Positions 37,691 to 51,539 of a DNA stretch of 64,000 bases are shown here, piece after piece; positions within the stretch are counted from its first letter, which is position 1; each line of letters opens with the position of its first letter. The stretch is from Octopus bimaculoides (taxonomy: Eukaryota): contig NC_068987.1 in assembly GCF_001194135.2 (NCBI RefSeq), positions 89,685,805 through 89,749,804 on the forward strand. Reading direction: 5' to 3'. A program made the translations under genes and the position numbers. Below the pieces are notes generated by a model, which saw only the letters and a program-made list of their open reading frames with translations, did not search any database and had not been told where the DNA came from.

Positions 37691-39416
37691 GTAATTTCCT
37701 TTTTTTCTTTGTTTCTTACTTTCTTGAATAGCTTTATTGGAAGACAGTTTGCCAATTTCATGTTAAAACATTCTATCAAAGAAAACCTTCTGCCGTTGGT
37801 TACTCGGGGATGCCATCTGCATGTGAAACAGCAGTTGAGTTATTGTTAATATATTTAATTTAACGAGTATCAAAAATCGATTTTAGAAATAGCTGTATGA
37901 TTCAGAAGTTTGCTTCCCAAGCACGTGGTTTCAAATTCCAGCTTCAATGTGCGTCACTTTGGTCAAGTCTCTTCTTCTGCAGTGTCTTGGCATCACATGG
38001 CAGTTGAAAATCTGTGTCATTCAATTCCAATATTGTGTGAAAACATACAGAAATATTATTTTGCTTGGAAACAGGTGAGGGTTGGTGACAGGAAGGGCAT
38101 CCAGCTGTAGAGCATCTGGCTCAATAAACTGTGTCTGAAGTGGACATTAAAGCTATGATGATAGTGATTACCTTTTGGAAATCTTTCTACACTTGTTTGA
38201 AAACTGAGTGTTTAAGTTCAAAAAGTTGGTTGTTTGATTATTTTTAGTCTTACCTGAAAGTCACCCGTTTCACTTCACTTCTTTCTCTCTCTCATCATCT
38301 TTGGTGAAGTCATTGGAACACATCTCTTGGCTCTTACATTCCTCCCAACTGGTGGAGTGATTGAACTGTCTATGCCAGTTTGTATCTCCATCTACCAATA
38401 TTTCTGACCAAACACATTATTTCCTTATCTCCAAACCCAGCCATTACTCACTGGATCTTCTGATCAGGCTATCTTATATTTCCTTCCTCCACTACACACA
38501 CCTTAAAGCCAGATAACCAATTTTATACCAACAGCAAAATATGGTTTAACCTTTTCCCCTTATGAGATAATTCATTACCATAACCTTTGGACATTCTTGT
38601 ATCAAGTCTCAAGATCCAAAGGGTTGGTTGCCTGTTTTCCATGGTGTACACGTGACTGAGATGATAGCATTCCCCCTGGATGGGAAGTCAGTCCCTCACA
38701 GTCACTCACTCATTGTAGCTGAGTGGACTGGAGCAATGTGAAATGAAGTGTTTAGCTCAAGAACGCACCACCTTGTCCAGGAATGGAAACCATGATGTTG
38801 TAATTGTGAATGCAACTCTCTAACCACTAGGCTATGTGGCTGAGAAAACTCAGCAGGTACTTAGAACTCTCCTTCTACATCTCTTACACAAACCTCATAA
38901 GACCAAAGCCCACAGCTTCCAACATTGAGTGCAACTCCACCAACAACAACGAGATGTTGTTTTTATCCACATTGCCTGCAACAGCAGACTTCAAAAAAAA
39001 GCAAGGCCTCACTCAACCTGCAAGCTCCCTTGCTTTCCAAAATGCAGCAGAACCTTCTGCTTTAACTTTTGCTGTTGTTTAGTCCAGATCACTCCTGACT
39101 GAGAAACATGATGAAAGACATTCCATCTTTGACCATCCTATCTTTCCCAAAAGTACAGTGCAGTTGGGATTACAGAGCTGAATATCTTTCTTATTTCTAA
39201 ATTGGTAAGATGCAATATGAAGGAAATTTGGTTCCACTTTTAACTGACTGAGGGCCTTTAGCATAGAGAATCTGTAGTTGGTTTGGTTTTACTTTTGTAG
39301 ATAACCTAAATTAATTTAATTATCTGTATCTTAATACTTTTGATGGTGAACTCTAGTATTCTGTTAAATTCTCTTCTGCATAATTCTATTCTGATTTTCC
39401 CCAACTGTCTTTACAG

Positions 39417-39554
39417 CAAGAATTCCTATCAACGGGACAAGTGCTTATTCTGTTTCTAAAAGTGCCATTGTTGCCTTCTCAGATATTCTGCGTCTTGAAA
39501 TGAAAAAATGGGACGTTCATGTTTCCATCATTGAACCACTTGGATTTCAAACAA
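39417..39554 (+). CDS. SDR exon 5 (catalytic YSVSK; LRLEMKKWDVHVSIIEP)
   Basis: CAG acceptor, GTAAGT donor, 138 nt; YxxxK active-site motif. Confidence 0.96.
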
Positions 39555-41405
39555 GTAAGTTTTTCTTTGCTTTGTAGTTTTGGCAAATCTAACTCAGCAT
39601 TTCATTGTTTGGGGTTTGTTGTTGTTGATGTTTAACCACAGGTCAATCCTGATCCAACAGACCTGTTCAAAGGCACTCCGCTTGTGACTGTGCCATGTTT
39701 TATGTTGCTGTGTAGACATCAGCTCATTGTTTGGTGTTTGGATGTAGATAAAATAAGTAACTGCCAACAACTGTATTTTGGAACACAACAAAAAGGAAAC
39801 CCAGAAGACACTCAGACAAACCATGTGGTTTCAGGTTCAATCCCACTGGACTGACCAATGACCTGTGAGTGAATTTGATAGATGGAAACCATGTGGAAGC
39901 CTTTTGTGTGTGTGTGTGTGTGTCTGTTTGCCCCCCTCCCCATACCAGTGTTGGTTTCTTTCAGTCTCCTAACGTAGCAGTTCAGCAAGAGACTGATGGA
40001 ATAAGTACCAGATTGAAAAGAAAAATAAGTTTAAGGGTTACTGTTTCTGAGTACAAAAATCTTCAAAGTTGTTCTCCACCATGGCCACAGTTCAATGGCT
40101 GAAACATGTAGAAATGTAGAAAAAATGCATTTGTAGTGATTAATAAAAGTTTTTGTATCTTCCATCTCTCTTTTACCACACACACGTACGTACGTATGTA
40201 CGTATGTACGTATGTATGTATGTATGTATGTATGTCGTAATGAGATGCCTGCTCCTCACCAATGTTGATGTGTTCAGCTGCCAGCTCTGGTTTTGCTGCT
40301 TGTCAAGCTGAGGAGGGCAAACCTGTCAAAGTAGCAGTTGCTCTCTGATAGGTTTGTGGTTGAACCTGTAGGGTGGAGAACTCTGGTATTCTTGGCCCCT
40401 GGACCACATCCTGGCTCACCTCTTACAGGGCAGGGATGGCTATCTGCAAGTGTGAGCCCTGTGAATCAGAGTGTCTGTTCCAGTGCAAGCCTTTCGCCAT
40501 CTCTTGGGGCAATGCCCTTTCCATTTTGTCCACTAGGGCCATGAGGCAGATTGACGAACCTCTTTTTTTAGGTAAACACTTAAATTCATGAACCAGTGTC
40601 TGTTCAGTACCATATCCACTTCCATTTTGAACTAAAAAAATGATAATTGATAGATAGTGTTCGTTATTTTGTAAAAATAAAACAAAAAAAAAAAGTATAA
40701 GAAAGACAAAAATAAGCAAAACTATTCCTAAACATATGTGACAGAATTTGACTTCAACAATTTTCTTAACCATTTCAAAATAAATGTTTCCGATTCTTTT
40801 GAAATGTCTTAAAATAATTTTAGTCCATAAACTAATGCTGTTTTTCTCATATGCGAGCTTTATCTTTTTGATGTTCAGCAATAAATCCGTCAATATTTAA
40901 TAAAATGACACTCCCCTCCCCCCCGCCATTTACTTGAAAAAGATATAAATGACATGCCTCTCATTGTTCTGCTATTTCATATCAACAGCAGTGACCACCT
41001 GTTGAATATTTCTGACCACAAAAAGTTAAATAATAATTCCTTTGCATCAATGCAGGGAAGAACTATTAAATTTTTTTTATTTGTTTTCATGTAAAGTAAA
41101 ACCTAGAAAAACATTCATATATAATGTGCATCCTAATTCCCTTGACTGGCCCCCGTGCCGGTGGTATGTAAAAAAACTCTATCTGAATGGGATCGATGCC
41201 AGGCCTGCCTGACTGGCTCCTGTGCCGGTGGCACATAAAAAGCACCCACTACACTCATGGAGTGGTTGGCGTTAGGAAGGGCATCCAGCTGTAGAGTCTC
41301 TGCCAGATCAAACTGGAACCTGGTGCTGCTGCTGCTGGTTCTCCAGACCTCAGTCAAACCGTCCAACCCATGTCAGCATCGAAAACGGACGTTAAACGAT
41401 GAGCT

Positions 41406-41442
<37 letters not shown>

Positions 41443-41443
<1 letters not shown>

Positions 41444-41683
41444 ATCTAATAAAGGTCATGTAAGCCCTCAACAGAAAAAAAGGCTTTCCTCTCCGCATGG
41501 GACTCGCACCCACATTCCTTTGTTAATGCGACTGTGTTATCTTTACACCAGCAAATTAGCTAATTCGCTGGTGTGAAGGTAACACACTTAGTCATGTTAA
41601 CAAAGAGATGTGGGTTTGAGTCCCACGTAGAGAGGAAAGCCTTCTTTTTTCTGTTGAGGGCTTATATGCCCCATTATTAGACT
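41443..41683. mobile_element. Palindromic element built from two inverted tRNA-like sequences
   Basis: Arms of about 120 bp around the AATTAGCTAATT centre; each arm has a D-arm-like GTGT...ACAC and a T-arm GTGGG-TTTGAGT-CCCAC. Confidence 0.75.
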
Positions 41684-41804
41684 ATTTTCCTTAGTCATTG
41701 CACGGTGATCACTATAAGCTTTAAGCTTATATAAATACCATTATTATTATTCACAGGATTGTAAAACATGGTGCCATATAACAAAACCATTTGCACCGAA
41801 AGCA

Positions 41805-41860
<56 letters not shown>

Positions 41861-42248
41861 CAAAATAGCTAATTGTAAAATCTCAAAGAAATCAGAGTAG
41901 TAATTCTAACAAGTCAATCACCATATCAAAGTGGCTGTTCCATGTTACTACTAGTTTAACCCCAGGCAGATCTTCTGCCAGCTGGTCATCAGTGCAATGC
42001 TGCACCCTGTGGTAGCAGGGGGAGCGAACCCCTACCATCCTCTAGCAGACCACAGGATTGTGAGACTGACTTGGTTTCGAGCTGGTTGGCTCATCCTCAG
42101 CCACGAGCACCTAGTCAATTGTTAGTATAGTTACTAATCTGATGTTTTTAATATTTTCAGCCTGGTACTTATCCTATATATCTCTTTTGTCAGACTGCAA
42201 AGTTATAGGGATGTAAACACACTAACACCAACTGCTGTGTGATGGTGG

Positions 42249-42318
<70 letters not shown>

Positions 42319-43032
42319 ACGGGCTTCTTTCAGTTTCCATCTAACAAAGCCACTGACAAGGCTTTGGTCAGCCTGAGGCTATAGCCCAAGGTGCCACACA
42401 GTGGGTCTGAACCCAGAACCATGTGGTTGGGAAGCAAGCCTCTTACCACACAGTCACACTTGCTTTTATATGAAATATTTGTTTAAATCGAAAGTTGGTT
42501 TGTTCTGTGATTAAGAATTGATGGCAGAATCAGGATTTGCTTATTTACGTCCCTTCAGTTGATGGGTTTAAATCTCTCCTTAGGACTTTGTTTTTCATCC
42601 TTACAAAGTCAATAACATAAAATAAGAACTGGGTTTAATATAACCAAACTTACCCTTAAAGCTGTGTCCCAGCTCGGACACGATACTGTGACAGAAAACC
42701 GATCGACGGATAAAAGATTATTTATCCTCTTAAGGATAATTTTTTTTTGTCTCATAACTTCAGGTATGAAGACTTTGATGTCAAATTCCATGTAATTCAT
42801 GATACAATAGTAATTAAAAAAAATACCTAACTAGAACCATATTTATAGCATGGAAAAAGATTCTATGATTCTATTTTCACATTATTAGCCTCGAATTATG
42901 TGCGTCTGCTTACTGAGCAATTGAAAGAAATTACGTTTTAGAATTGGATATTAGAAAATATGTAATAAGGGAGATAACTTGTACTTATTGATCATTAGAA
43001 ATATTTAGTTTTATTTCTTTTCTCTTTTGCAG

Positions 43033-43388
43033 ACAACTTCAATGAACAGGTTTTAGAAAGTCGACTCCAAGAAATTTGGGACTCTCTAGATGAAGAATGC
43101 CAGTTAGTTTATGGAAAACGATACCTTGAAGATCTTTACAAGTCATACAAAGAATTATTGCCTAAGATCCCTACAGACCTGTCTCCTGTAGTTCAAGCTG
43201 TTTCTGGTGCTCTTCTCTCAAAAAATCCACGCGAACGCTACCCTTGCAGCCAAGGAGCAGATATTCTTACAAGTATATACAGCATCCTACCCATCAGACT
43301 TGCTGACAAAATATCAAAATTAGTATCGGTGATTCCTAAAAACTCAAGACCAGTTGCATTGGAACCATCCTCTCATCTCGTACCCTAG
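43033..43388 (+). CDS. SDR exon 6, terminal (W...YGKRY...DLSPVVQAV..ALLSKNPRERY...stop)
   Basis: CAG acceptor, open to TAG at 43386-43388. The six exons total 1185 nt = 394 aa plus stop. Confidence 0.93.
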
Positions 43389-46300
43389 AGGAACTTATTT
43401 CTTGAAATGAGAAGGAAAACATTTCTTGTACTGTTGACTGTAACATTTGGCTGTGTCTGTCATGTGAGGAAAAATTTTGGCATTGGTTGACAATATCTTT
43501 TTATGTTCACACGTGGCCAAATTCATTTTAAAAATTGCTAATGTGTGTTTGTGGTTAGTTTCTGAATTTGAAAGAGAATCCGCAATCGTTTCAGCTTTTT
43601 AATTATTGTATCAAAGATCAAATTATAATGTGGCCAATTCGCTATTGATCATTTACCATTATTCATCATGGGACTGAATTTTTCTATATCAGCATTAGAC
43701 AATATCTCTCATTGAATTAACTCTGCTGTGATATATATTTTAAGTCTTTATATCATATCTGTGAGTTTGTATTATTTTTCCTGCTCGTATGTATGCACAC
43801 ATATCTGATTGTATGTATGTATGTATGCATGTATGTATATATGTATGTATGCATATCTGAGTGTATGTATCTATATGTGTATGTATGTATGTATGTGTTT
43901 GATAATCATTGTGAGAATTGTCATATAACAAACAAATGTATCAGAGAAAACGTCTGAAACACGATAACATTGAAAATGTCATTAACTTTTAAAGACATGT
44001 TGATATGTCACGACATAAAACAAAAAATTAATAAAACAATAGTAATATATTTTTAATAGCTTGACATTTTTTAATGTTACATTAATTATCCTTGCATCAA
44101 TTGTCTCCAACTTCCAAAGTATTAATTAAAGTTATGCTGTTTCCATATTCTACCTCTCACTTTCTTCTCTGGCTTTAAATGTGGAAGAGTAACTGAGCTA
44201 TTATGGTTATTATAATTATTATTATTAGTGCCAATAATGTTGTCGTTGTTGGACACACTTCTTATCAAATGAAGCAATATTCAGTGAGAGATTGTGTCTC
44301 CTATGCATTCCTGTCTCCATCCATCTTTCTCTCTCGTTCATCCCATGAAAACTGAACCCTGCTCTCCTTGCAAGTGATTCTCAAGATATGGAGGGGAAAA
44401 ACATCCCGCACAATCTATTTATTTTAATTTTTTAATCTTTTTCTTTAAACCAAATGAACAAATTTAATTACACTTACCCCTCCCCCCTTGCAAAAAAAAA
44501 ATAAACAATAGCAAAAAAACAAGTGATGTTCTAAACATCATTTGGTTAATGATCTAATTTATTTTATTTTTCTAATTGTAGCTATGTTTATTATTTACTC
44601 CCCCACCACCAATTTCATAAGTATTGCTAATATTGTTTCAGTAAGTATTTAACCCAATTAATATTTGTTAATTATATTTTTCTCCATTTACTTTGATTTC
44701 TAATAAAATAATAATTATAATATAAAATTCCATATCTTGTAATTACTAAATATTTTCTTGTATTTGCTGTTTTTGTTTCATATTTATAATTTCTTTTTTT
44801 TTTTTTTACATGAGATGTGTGTATGTGTGCATGTGTATCTGAGAATTGGGTGAAGAATTGTTAGGTGATCCTAACAATGGAAGAGGATGACTAAAGGAAA
44901 AGTTCGGAAAAGCCTGTTCTTAGGATCTTAAACTTTCATGAAGGAGGTTGGAGAGGACTACAGCAAGTGGTGAAATACTGAGGTGGAGATAACTTGTCTA
45001 ACCTATGCCAGAATGGTAAAACAGACAAGAACGATTTCTAAATTGGATATTGTCATCTTTGTTGTTTTTACATCTACTTTTCCATGCTTTTGTGGGTCAA
45101 ACAAGGATCTGTTGAGGTAGAGTTTCTATGGCCAGCTTCTCTTGGCATCAACCCATTCTTATTTCCAATAATCTCCCAGTCTATGAAACAACAAACAGCC
45201 TGAATATGTGGAGAGCTGGAAACCTGACAGTGTATGAGACCTTTGTTTACATGTCAAGAGATCCCCACATGTTTCTATAATGGGTTGCAAACCAATGACC
45301 CCATCTGAAAGCTAATGTTTACAAACCAGTGGAAATGAAGGAAATACAAAATCTCGCAAACGTTTACATACAGACACTTGAGAGATGTACTATGGACATA
45401 TTAGAACTAGATTCTCTTAAGTGCTTTGGTAGCTCACTAGTAGTACTAGGTAGCTTTTAGTATATAGATGTAATTAGCAAAGAAAGTGGTTTCTCTGAAA
45501 GCATGGTAGCCAGAGTAAGAACAGGTTGGAAAAAACTCAGGGAGCTACTACTGGTAACAAAAGTCTTTCCCCTCCTCTCACTCTTTAATTCTCCATCTCT
45601 TAGTACAAAGTCTTCTCCATCTCCATTGTAGTTCCACTCAATCAAAGATAATCTTAGTCTTGCAAGCTGCATGGCCACCTCACTAGTGCTGGTGCCACAT
45701 AAAAAGCACCCAGTACACTCTGTAAAGTAGTTGGTATCAGGAAGGACATCAAGTTGTGGAAATCATGTTAGAGCGAATATTGGAGCTTGATGCAGGAACT
45801 GGACCCATCAGATCCTGTCAAACTGTCTACCCAAAGCCAGCAATAAACATGGCTGTTAAATGATCATCATGGGGTGTGTGTGTGTGTGTGTATAAAATAT
45901 GGGAAGAGCTGTCATCAATAGTTTATGCTTTTGACCAGAAGTCCTCTTGACCAAAGCTGACCTGGGGCTGGACTACATTGCTATTCTCTATTGTATGATA
46001 CACAAATATAAAATATTTAAAAAAAATTTCTGTTAATAGACTCAAGTTTAAGATGTTGCTAATCCCTATGGGTGCAGTGGGATGGAGGCTAGGAAGGTTG
46101 ACAGGATTGTGTTTATTTGTGTCACTTTATGATCCTGAAGTTCTGGTTTCAATCTCAGTGTGTGGTGTCATAAGCAAGGGTCCCATAGTTAAAATTGGGT
46201 AGATAGACTGTTTAAGCTCAATAGATGAAGTCAACTTGTAAGACTAAGGAACAAGTTTGTCACATTGAATCTACTTGGGATTATGTTAAGGCACACAAGA

Positions 46301-49300
46301 ACATGGCTGTGTGCTTAAGAAGTTTGCCCCCAAACCATGTGGATTTGGGTTCAGTCACATCACGTGGCACCTTGGGCTAGTGTTTTCTTCTATAACCCCA
46401 TGCTGATGAAAACCTTGTGAATGAATTTGGCAGATGAAAATTGAAAGAAGCTGGTGTGTGTGTGTGTGTGTGTGTGTGNNNNNNNNNNNNNNNNNNNNNN
46501 NNNNNNNNNNNNNNNNNNNNNNNNNNNNNNNNNNNNNNNNNNNNNNNNNNNNNNNNNNNNNNNNNNNNNNNNNNNNNNNNNNNNNNNNNNNNNNNNNNNN
46601 NNNNNNNNNNNNNNNNNNNNNNNNNNNNNNNNNNNNNNNNNNNNNNNNNNNNNNNNNNNNNNNNNNNNNNNNNNNNNNNNNNNNNNNNNNNNNNNNNNNN
46701 NNNNNNNNNNNNNNNNNNNNNNNNNNNNNNNNNNNNNNNNNNNNNNNNNNNNNNNNNNNNNNNNNNNNNNNNNNNNNNNNNNNNNNNNNNNNNNNNNNNN
46801 NNNNNNNNNNNNNNNNNNNNNNNNNNNNNNNNNNNNNNNNNNNNNNNNNNNNNNNNNNNNNNNNNNNNNNNNNNNNNNNNNNNNNNNNNNNNNNNNNNNN
46901 NNNNNNNNNNNNNNNNNNNNNNNNNNNNNNNNNNNNNNNNNNNNNNNNNNNNNNNNNNNNNNNNNNNNNNNNNNNNNGTGTGTGTGTGTGTGTGCGTGCG
47001 CGTGCGTGCGTGTGCGCGCGCGTCCTTGTCTTGACATCATGTGATGGTTGTAAATGAACATCACTGTCAAACAAGTGAGGTTGTTTGTATCCAGTATTCC
47101 ATGAACGACATATCTGGACATGAGGAAATATTATCTTGCAGGGAAATGGTGTGGGTTGGTGACAGGAAGGGCATCCAGGCTGTAGAAAATCTGCCTCCAT
47201 GAATCCTGTCTGACTCATGCCAACATGGATCTTAAATGGTGGTGGTGATGGTGGTAAGTGTTTGCTACATTAGAATACAATGAATGGTTATTGATTAGGT
47301 AGCTGCTATAGCTTGTAGTTACAATGGTCAAATGCCAAGAACATGCCTTTGCTGAGACCAACACAAGATTGAATATTGGGGTAAAATGAGTTGAATGGTT
47401 GATTTGTCACTTTATTGATTTAGGAATTCATGTTTCGTGCAACATTTGATTCTGTCCTTTGGTATCAATGCATGGCTGTGGGATCAAGAAGCTCATTTTG
47501 TAATCATGTGGTTTTAGGTTCAATCCCACTGTGTGGCACCTTGAGCTGGTGTCTTCTATGATAGCTTCATGTTGAACAGTGCCTTTTGAACATATTGGTA
47601 GACAGAAACTGTGTGGAAGCCTGGTGTGTGTGTGGGGGGGCTCCTGTGCAGGTAGCACATAAAGAGCACCATTTGAGTATGGTCAATCAATGCCAGTGCA
47701 GTCTGACTGGCGCCCGTGCCAGTGGCATGTAAAAAGCACCATTCTGTCATGGTCAATGCCAGTGCCACCTGACTAGCCCCTGTGCTAGTGACACGTAAAA
47801 AGCACCAATTGCACTCTTAGAGTGGTTGGTGTTAAGAAGGGCATCTAGCTGTAGAAACCTTGCTAGATCAGATTGGGGCCTGGTTTAACCCCCAGTCAAA
47901 CTGCCCAACCCATGCCAGCATGGAAAGTGAATGTTAAACGATGATGATGATGATGATATACATACGTGTGTGTGTGTGTTTGTCCCCCCCCCCAACCACT
48001 GCTTGGTTTGTCTTTGTCCCTGTAACTTAACAGTTCAACAAAGTAACAGTAAGTATCAAACTTAAAGATAAGTACCGTTCTTCAAGGTGGTGCCCCAGCA
48101 TGGCCGTGGCCCAATGATTGAAACAAGTAATAGATATATGTATATATGTGTGGGTGTGTGAACGTATATAACTCCTTATGTCAAACAAGTAGGAAATTTG
48201 CCAGCATCGACTCTGTTTTGGGGGAATCAATCTGGAAATGTTACCAATGGCCTGGGTTGTGATTCTGTGTCCTGTTCAGAAGGAGAAATATCTACATCCT
48301 GTTTACTCACAACTCTATAATATTCTGCAGCTTATTTTATAAGCTGCCTCTTTAGTCCACAACATTTAATAAATCATCGTATATGATATGTTTCAGGTGA
48401 TTCTGGTGACCAAAGCTTATGTTGCTGTAATGGCCATGCTCCAATGAATAGCACAGATGCTTACAGAGAAGTGATTATCAATTCAATGGCTTTCAAGTGC
48501 AAAAAAAGAAGGCCCTAAAATAGCTTTTATCTGTTTAATAATATATATTTTTCTTGTTTTGTTTTTGTCTCGCGCACTCAAGGTCATTGATTGCTGCTGC
48601 TGCTGTTAGTGGTGTAGGAAGGAAGTGTTGTTGGTTTGCTTTCAATGTTTTATGTATTTTTATTTTTGTATATTTAGTTTTTGTTTCTTAATATTAGTTA
48701 TTTTGTGTGGTAGAGACATCACGTTACTCCATTTAATATCATTTACTGTCCCTTTTGTTGAGTTCCCTCTATTATAAACGTTTGAATCCAGCTTCCAGTA
48801 GGAATTACGCTTATCATCACCTCATAACACATTGGCATATTCTACACATTCCTAGATGTCAAAATTTACCACCAAAGCAACATGACATTTCTCCCCCTCC
48901 CCTCTAATACCCGTGGACTCCAATCCAATTTAGGACAGACACATTACCACTTATATCATGCAATTCTCCCACCCTATTCTCACTCAAACCTCTCACCTTT
49001 TATTGTCCATCTCTGCTGTCCAGCTTACACCTCCATATTCAAACTCTGCTTTAAGAAGGTAGTATCTGTGCACGTGTGTAGACACCACTCTTTCTGTTGC
49101 TCACCTGTAAAAGGAGTAACCTCAAAGTCACCTGTATTCACTCACCTGTAAATGAGAAACCCTGTAATGGCCTAGCATCCCATTCAGGGGGAATGTTGTG
49201 ATTTTGGTCATTTAATACGCCATAGGAACTAGGTAACTGGCCCTATGACTCTAAAAACTTGAGGCAGTAATGTCCAGGGGCTTGAGGCTGATGATGTCAC

Positions 49301-49410
49301 TCACCTCACACCTGGATAATCAGTAACAAAGACTTCAACTTAATTCAGCTGAAATTCTTCCTCCCATTTTTTCTAAATACATCACTGTCACCACATCTAT
49401 TTGGTTACCC

Positions 49411-49540
49411 ATCTACTTGCAGGCGGACACAGTCTTGATCATCTAGTTGTTGGTAGCGACAGCCTCGGTCATCTAGTTACTGGTAACGATGGCCTAGGTC
49501 ATCTCGTTGCTGGTAGCGACAGCCTCGGTCATCTAGTTCC
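49411..49540 (+). repeat. 30-bp minisatellite, about 4.3 copies
   Basis: ATCT recurs at 49411, 49441, 49471, 49501, 49531; unit ATCTAGTTGCTGGTAGCGACAGCCTCGGTC. Confidence 0.85.
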
Positions 49541-50709
49541 GATATTAATCTTGGGCATGTACTTACTAGTGCCAGGAATCTTGTCCGTCTGTTTGCTAGA
49601 GGCCTCAGCCACCTGGTAGCTAGCGACAGTCACTTGACAGTGGCTGTCATCTTGGTTGAGAATGAAAGTGAGACTATATTTTTAGAGATGAAAATCTGCA
49701 CAGAGGGAACTTGTTAGGGAAGGTATAAATCTCAAAGCCCTTTCTGACTTGAATGGCTTGTCAAGATGTATCTTTTTGTTTTTGGCAGAGAGCCAAGATC
49801 TCGCATGTGGGGCGCTGCAAACAGCTTAAGGGCCTTCTGTCCACAGACAAAAGGGAGACAATATAACTGCCTGTTGCCAGTATATAAACACAACAGAACA
49901 TTAACAATAGAAGAATGTTGTCACAGAACTAGCAGCAGCAATAACAGCAAAAACTATCTAGAAAAATAATTTTTTGTGAATTTAAATTTAGCAAAAAGCG
50001 AAATGAAACGAAACAAAAAAAAAAAAAAAAAAAAAANNNNNNNNNNNNNNNNNNNNNNNNNNNNNNNNNNNNNNNNNNNNNNNNNNNNNNNNNNNNNNNN
50101 NNNNNNNNNNNNNNNNNNNNNNNNNNNNNNNNNNNNNNNNNNNNNNNNNNNNNNNNNNNNNNNNNNNNNNNNNNNNNNNNNNNNNNNNNNNNNNNNNNNN
50201 NNNNNNNNNNNNNNNNNNNNNNNNNNNNNNNNNNNNNNNNNNNNNNNNNNNNNNNNNNNNNNNNNNNNNNNNNNNNNNNNNNNNNNNNNNNNNNNNNNNN
50301 NNNNNNNNNNNNNNNNNNNNNNNNNNNNNNNNNNNNNNNNNNNNNNNNNNNNNNNNNNNNNNNNNNNNNNNNNNNNNNNNNNNNNNNNNNNNNNNNNNNN
50401 NNNNNNNNNNNNNNNNNNNNNNNNNNNNNNNNNNNNNNNNNNNNNNNNNNNNNNNNNNNNNNNNNNNNNNNNNNNNNNNNNNNNNNNNNNNNNNNNNNNN
50501 NNNNNNNNNNNNNNNNNNNNNNNNNNNNNNNNNNNNNNNNNNNNNNNNNNNNNNNNNNNNNNNNNNNNNNNNNNNNNNNNNNNNNNNNNNNNNNNNNNNN
50601 NNNNNNNNNNNNNNNNNNNNNNNNNNNNNNNNNNNNNNNNNNNNNNNNNNNNNNNNNNNNNNNNNNNNNNNNNNNNNNNNNNNNNNNNNNNNNNNNNNNN
50701 NNNNNNNNN

Positions 50710-50747
<38 letters not shown>

Positions 50748-50842
50748 CATTTAGTGCTACTTTGGCGTGTTATCTACAATTTAAAGGGATATTACTTTGG
50801 GTTATTTTTTAGTTTACCTTTTAATTTTTAAAAACTCTTACG

Positions 50843-51056
50843 ATGTTGGCTAAAGATTTTTACAATATGATCAGCGACGAGACAAAGGCAGTTGCATTTT
50901 TACGAGGAAATGGCCTTTTAGATGATGAAGAAAATGTTGCACCATGTCATCGTTGTGGTGGAAGAAATAACGGAAACTCGAAGAGAAGGGAAAAACAGTG
51001 AAATTTTGCCAACTTTACGTTGCAAAACTGGCAGCTGCCAAACTTGTGTAATCTAG
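50843..51056 (+). mobile_element. Merlin/IS1595-like transposase N-terminal relic
   Basis: AVAFLRGNGLL...PCHRCG, then after a frameshift LRCKTGSCQTC: the CxxC...CxxxxC zinc ribbon pattern of this family. Confidence 0.55.
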
Positions 51057-51487
51057 GCGCTTATTTTAATTATAATATTCTCTATTCTTGGTTTCTGACT
51101 ATTATTTACTAAGACATAAACGAAACATGGTTTTATTATTATTAAAATAGTAAGAATTTTGAAAAAAAAAATGCATTTACAATGCTAAGTATTTTTTTAT
51201 TCTTTTATTTGTTTCCGTCATTTGACTGCGGCTATGCTGGAGCACCGCCTTTAGTCGAGCAAATCGACCCTAGGATTTATTCTTTGTAAGTCTAGTACTT
51301 ATTGTATCGGTCTCTCTTGCCGAGCCGCTAAGTTACGNNNNNNNNNNATCGACCCTAGGATTTATTCTTTGTAAGTCTAGTACTTATTGTATCGGTCTCT
51401 CTTGCCGAGCCGCTAAGTTACGGGGATGTAAACACACCGGCATCGGTTGTCAAGCGATGTTGGGGGGACAAACACGCAAGCATATAC

Positions 51488-51539
<52 letters not shown>

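Noticed and set aside
48790-49000. Possible Penelope RT relic (TFLDVKI; TYIMQFSHP)
   Set aside because: Short motifs in different frames; suggestive only and needs tBLASTn.
46355-50812. Long ORFs in the track spanning N runs and (GT)n/(CA)n (also 13750-14033 and 17025-17417)
   Set aside because: Open only because of Ns and dinucleotide repeats.
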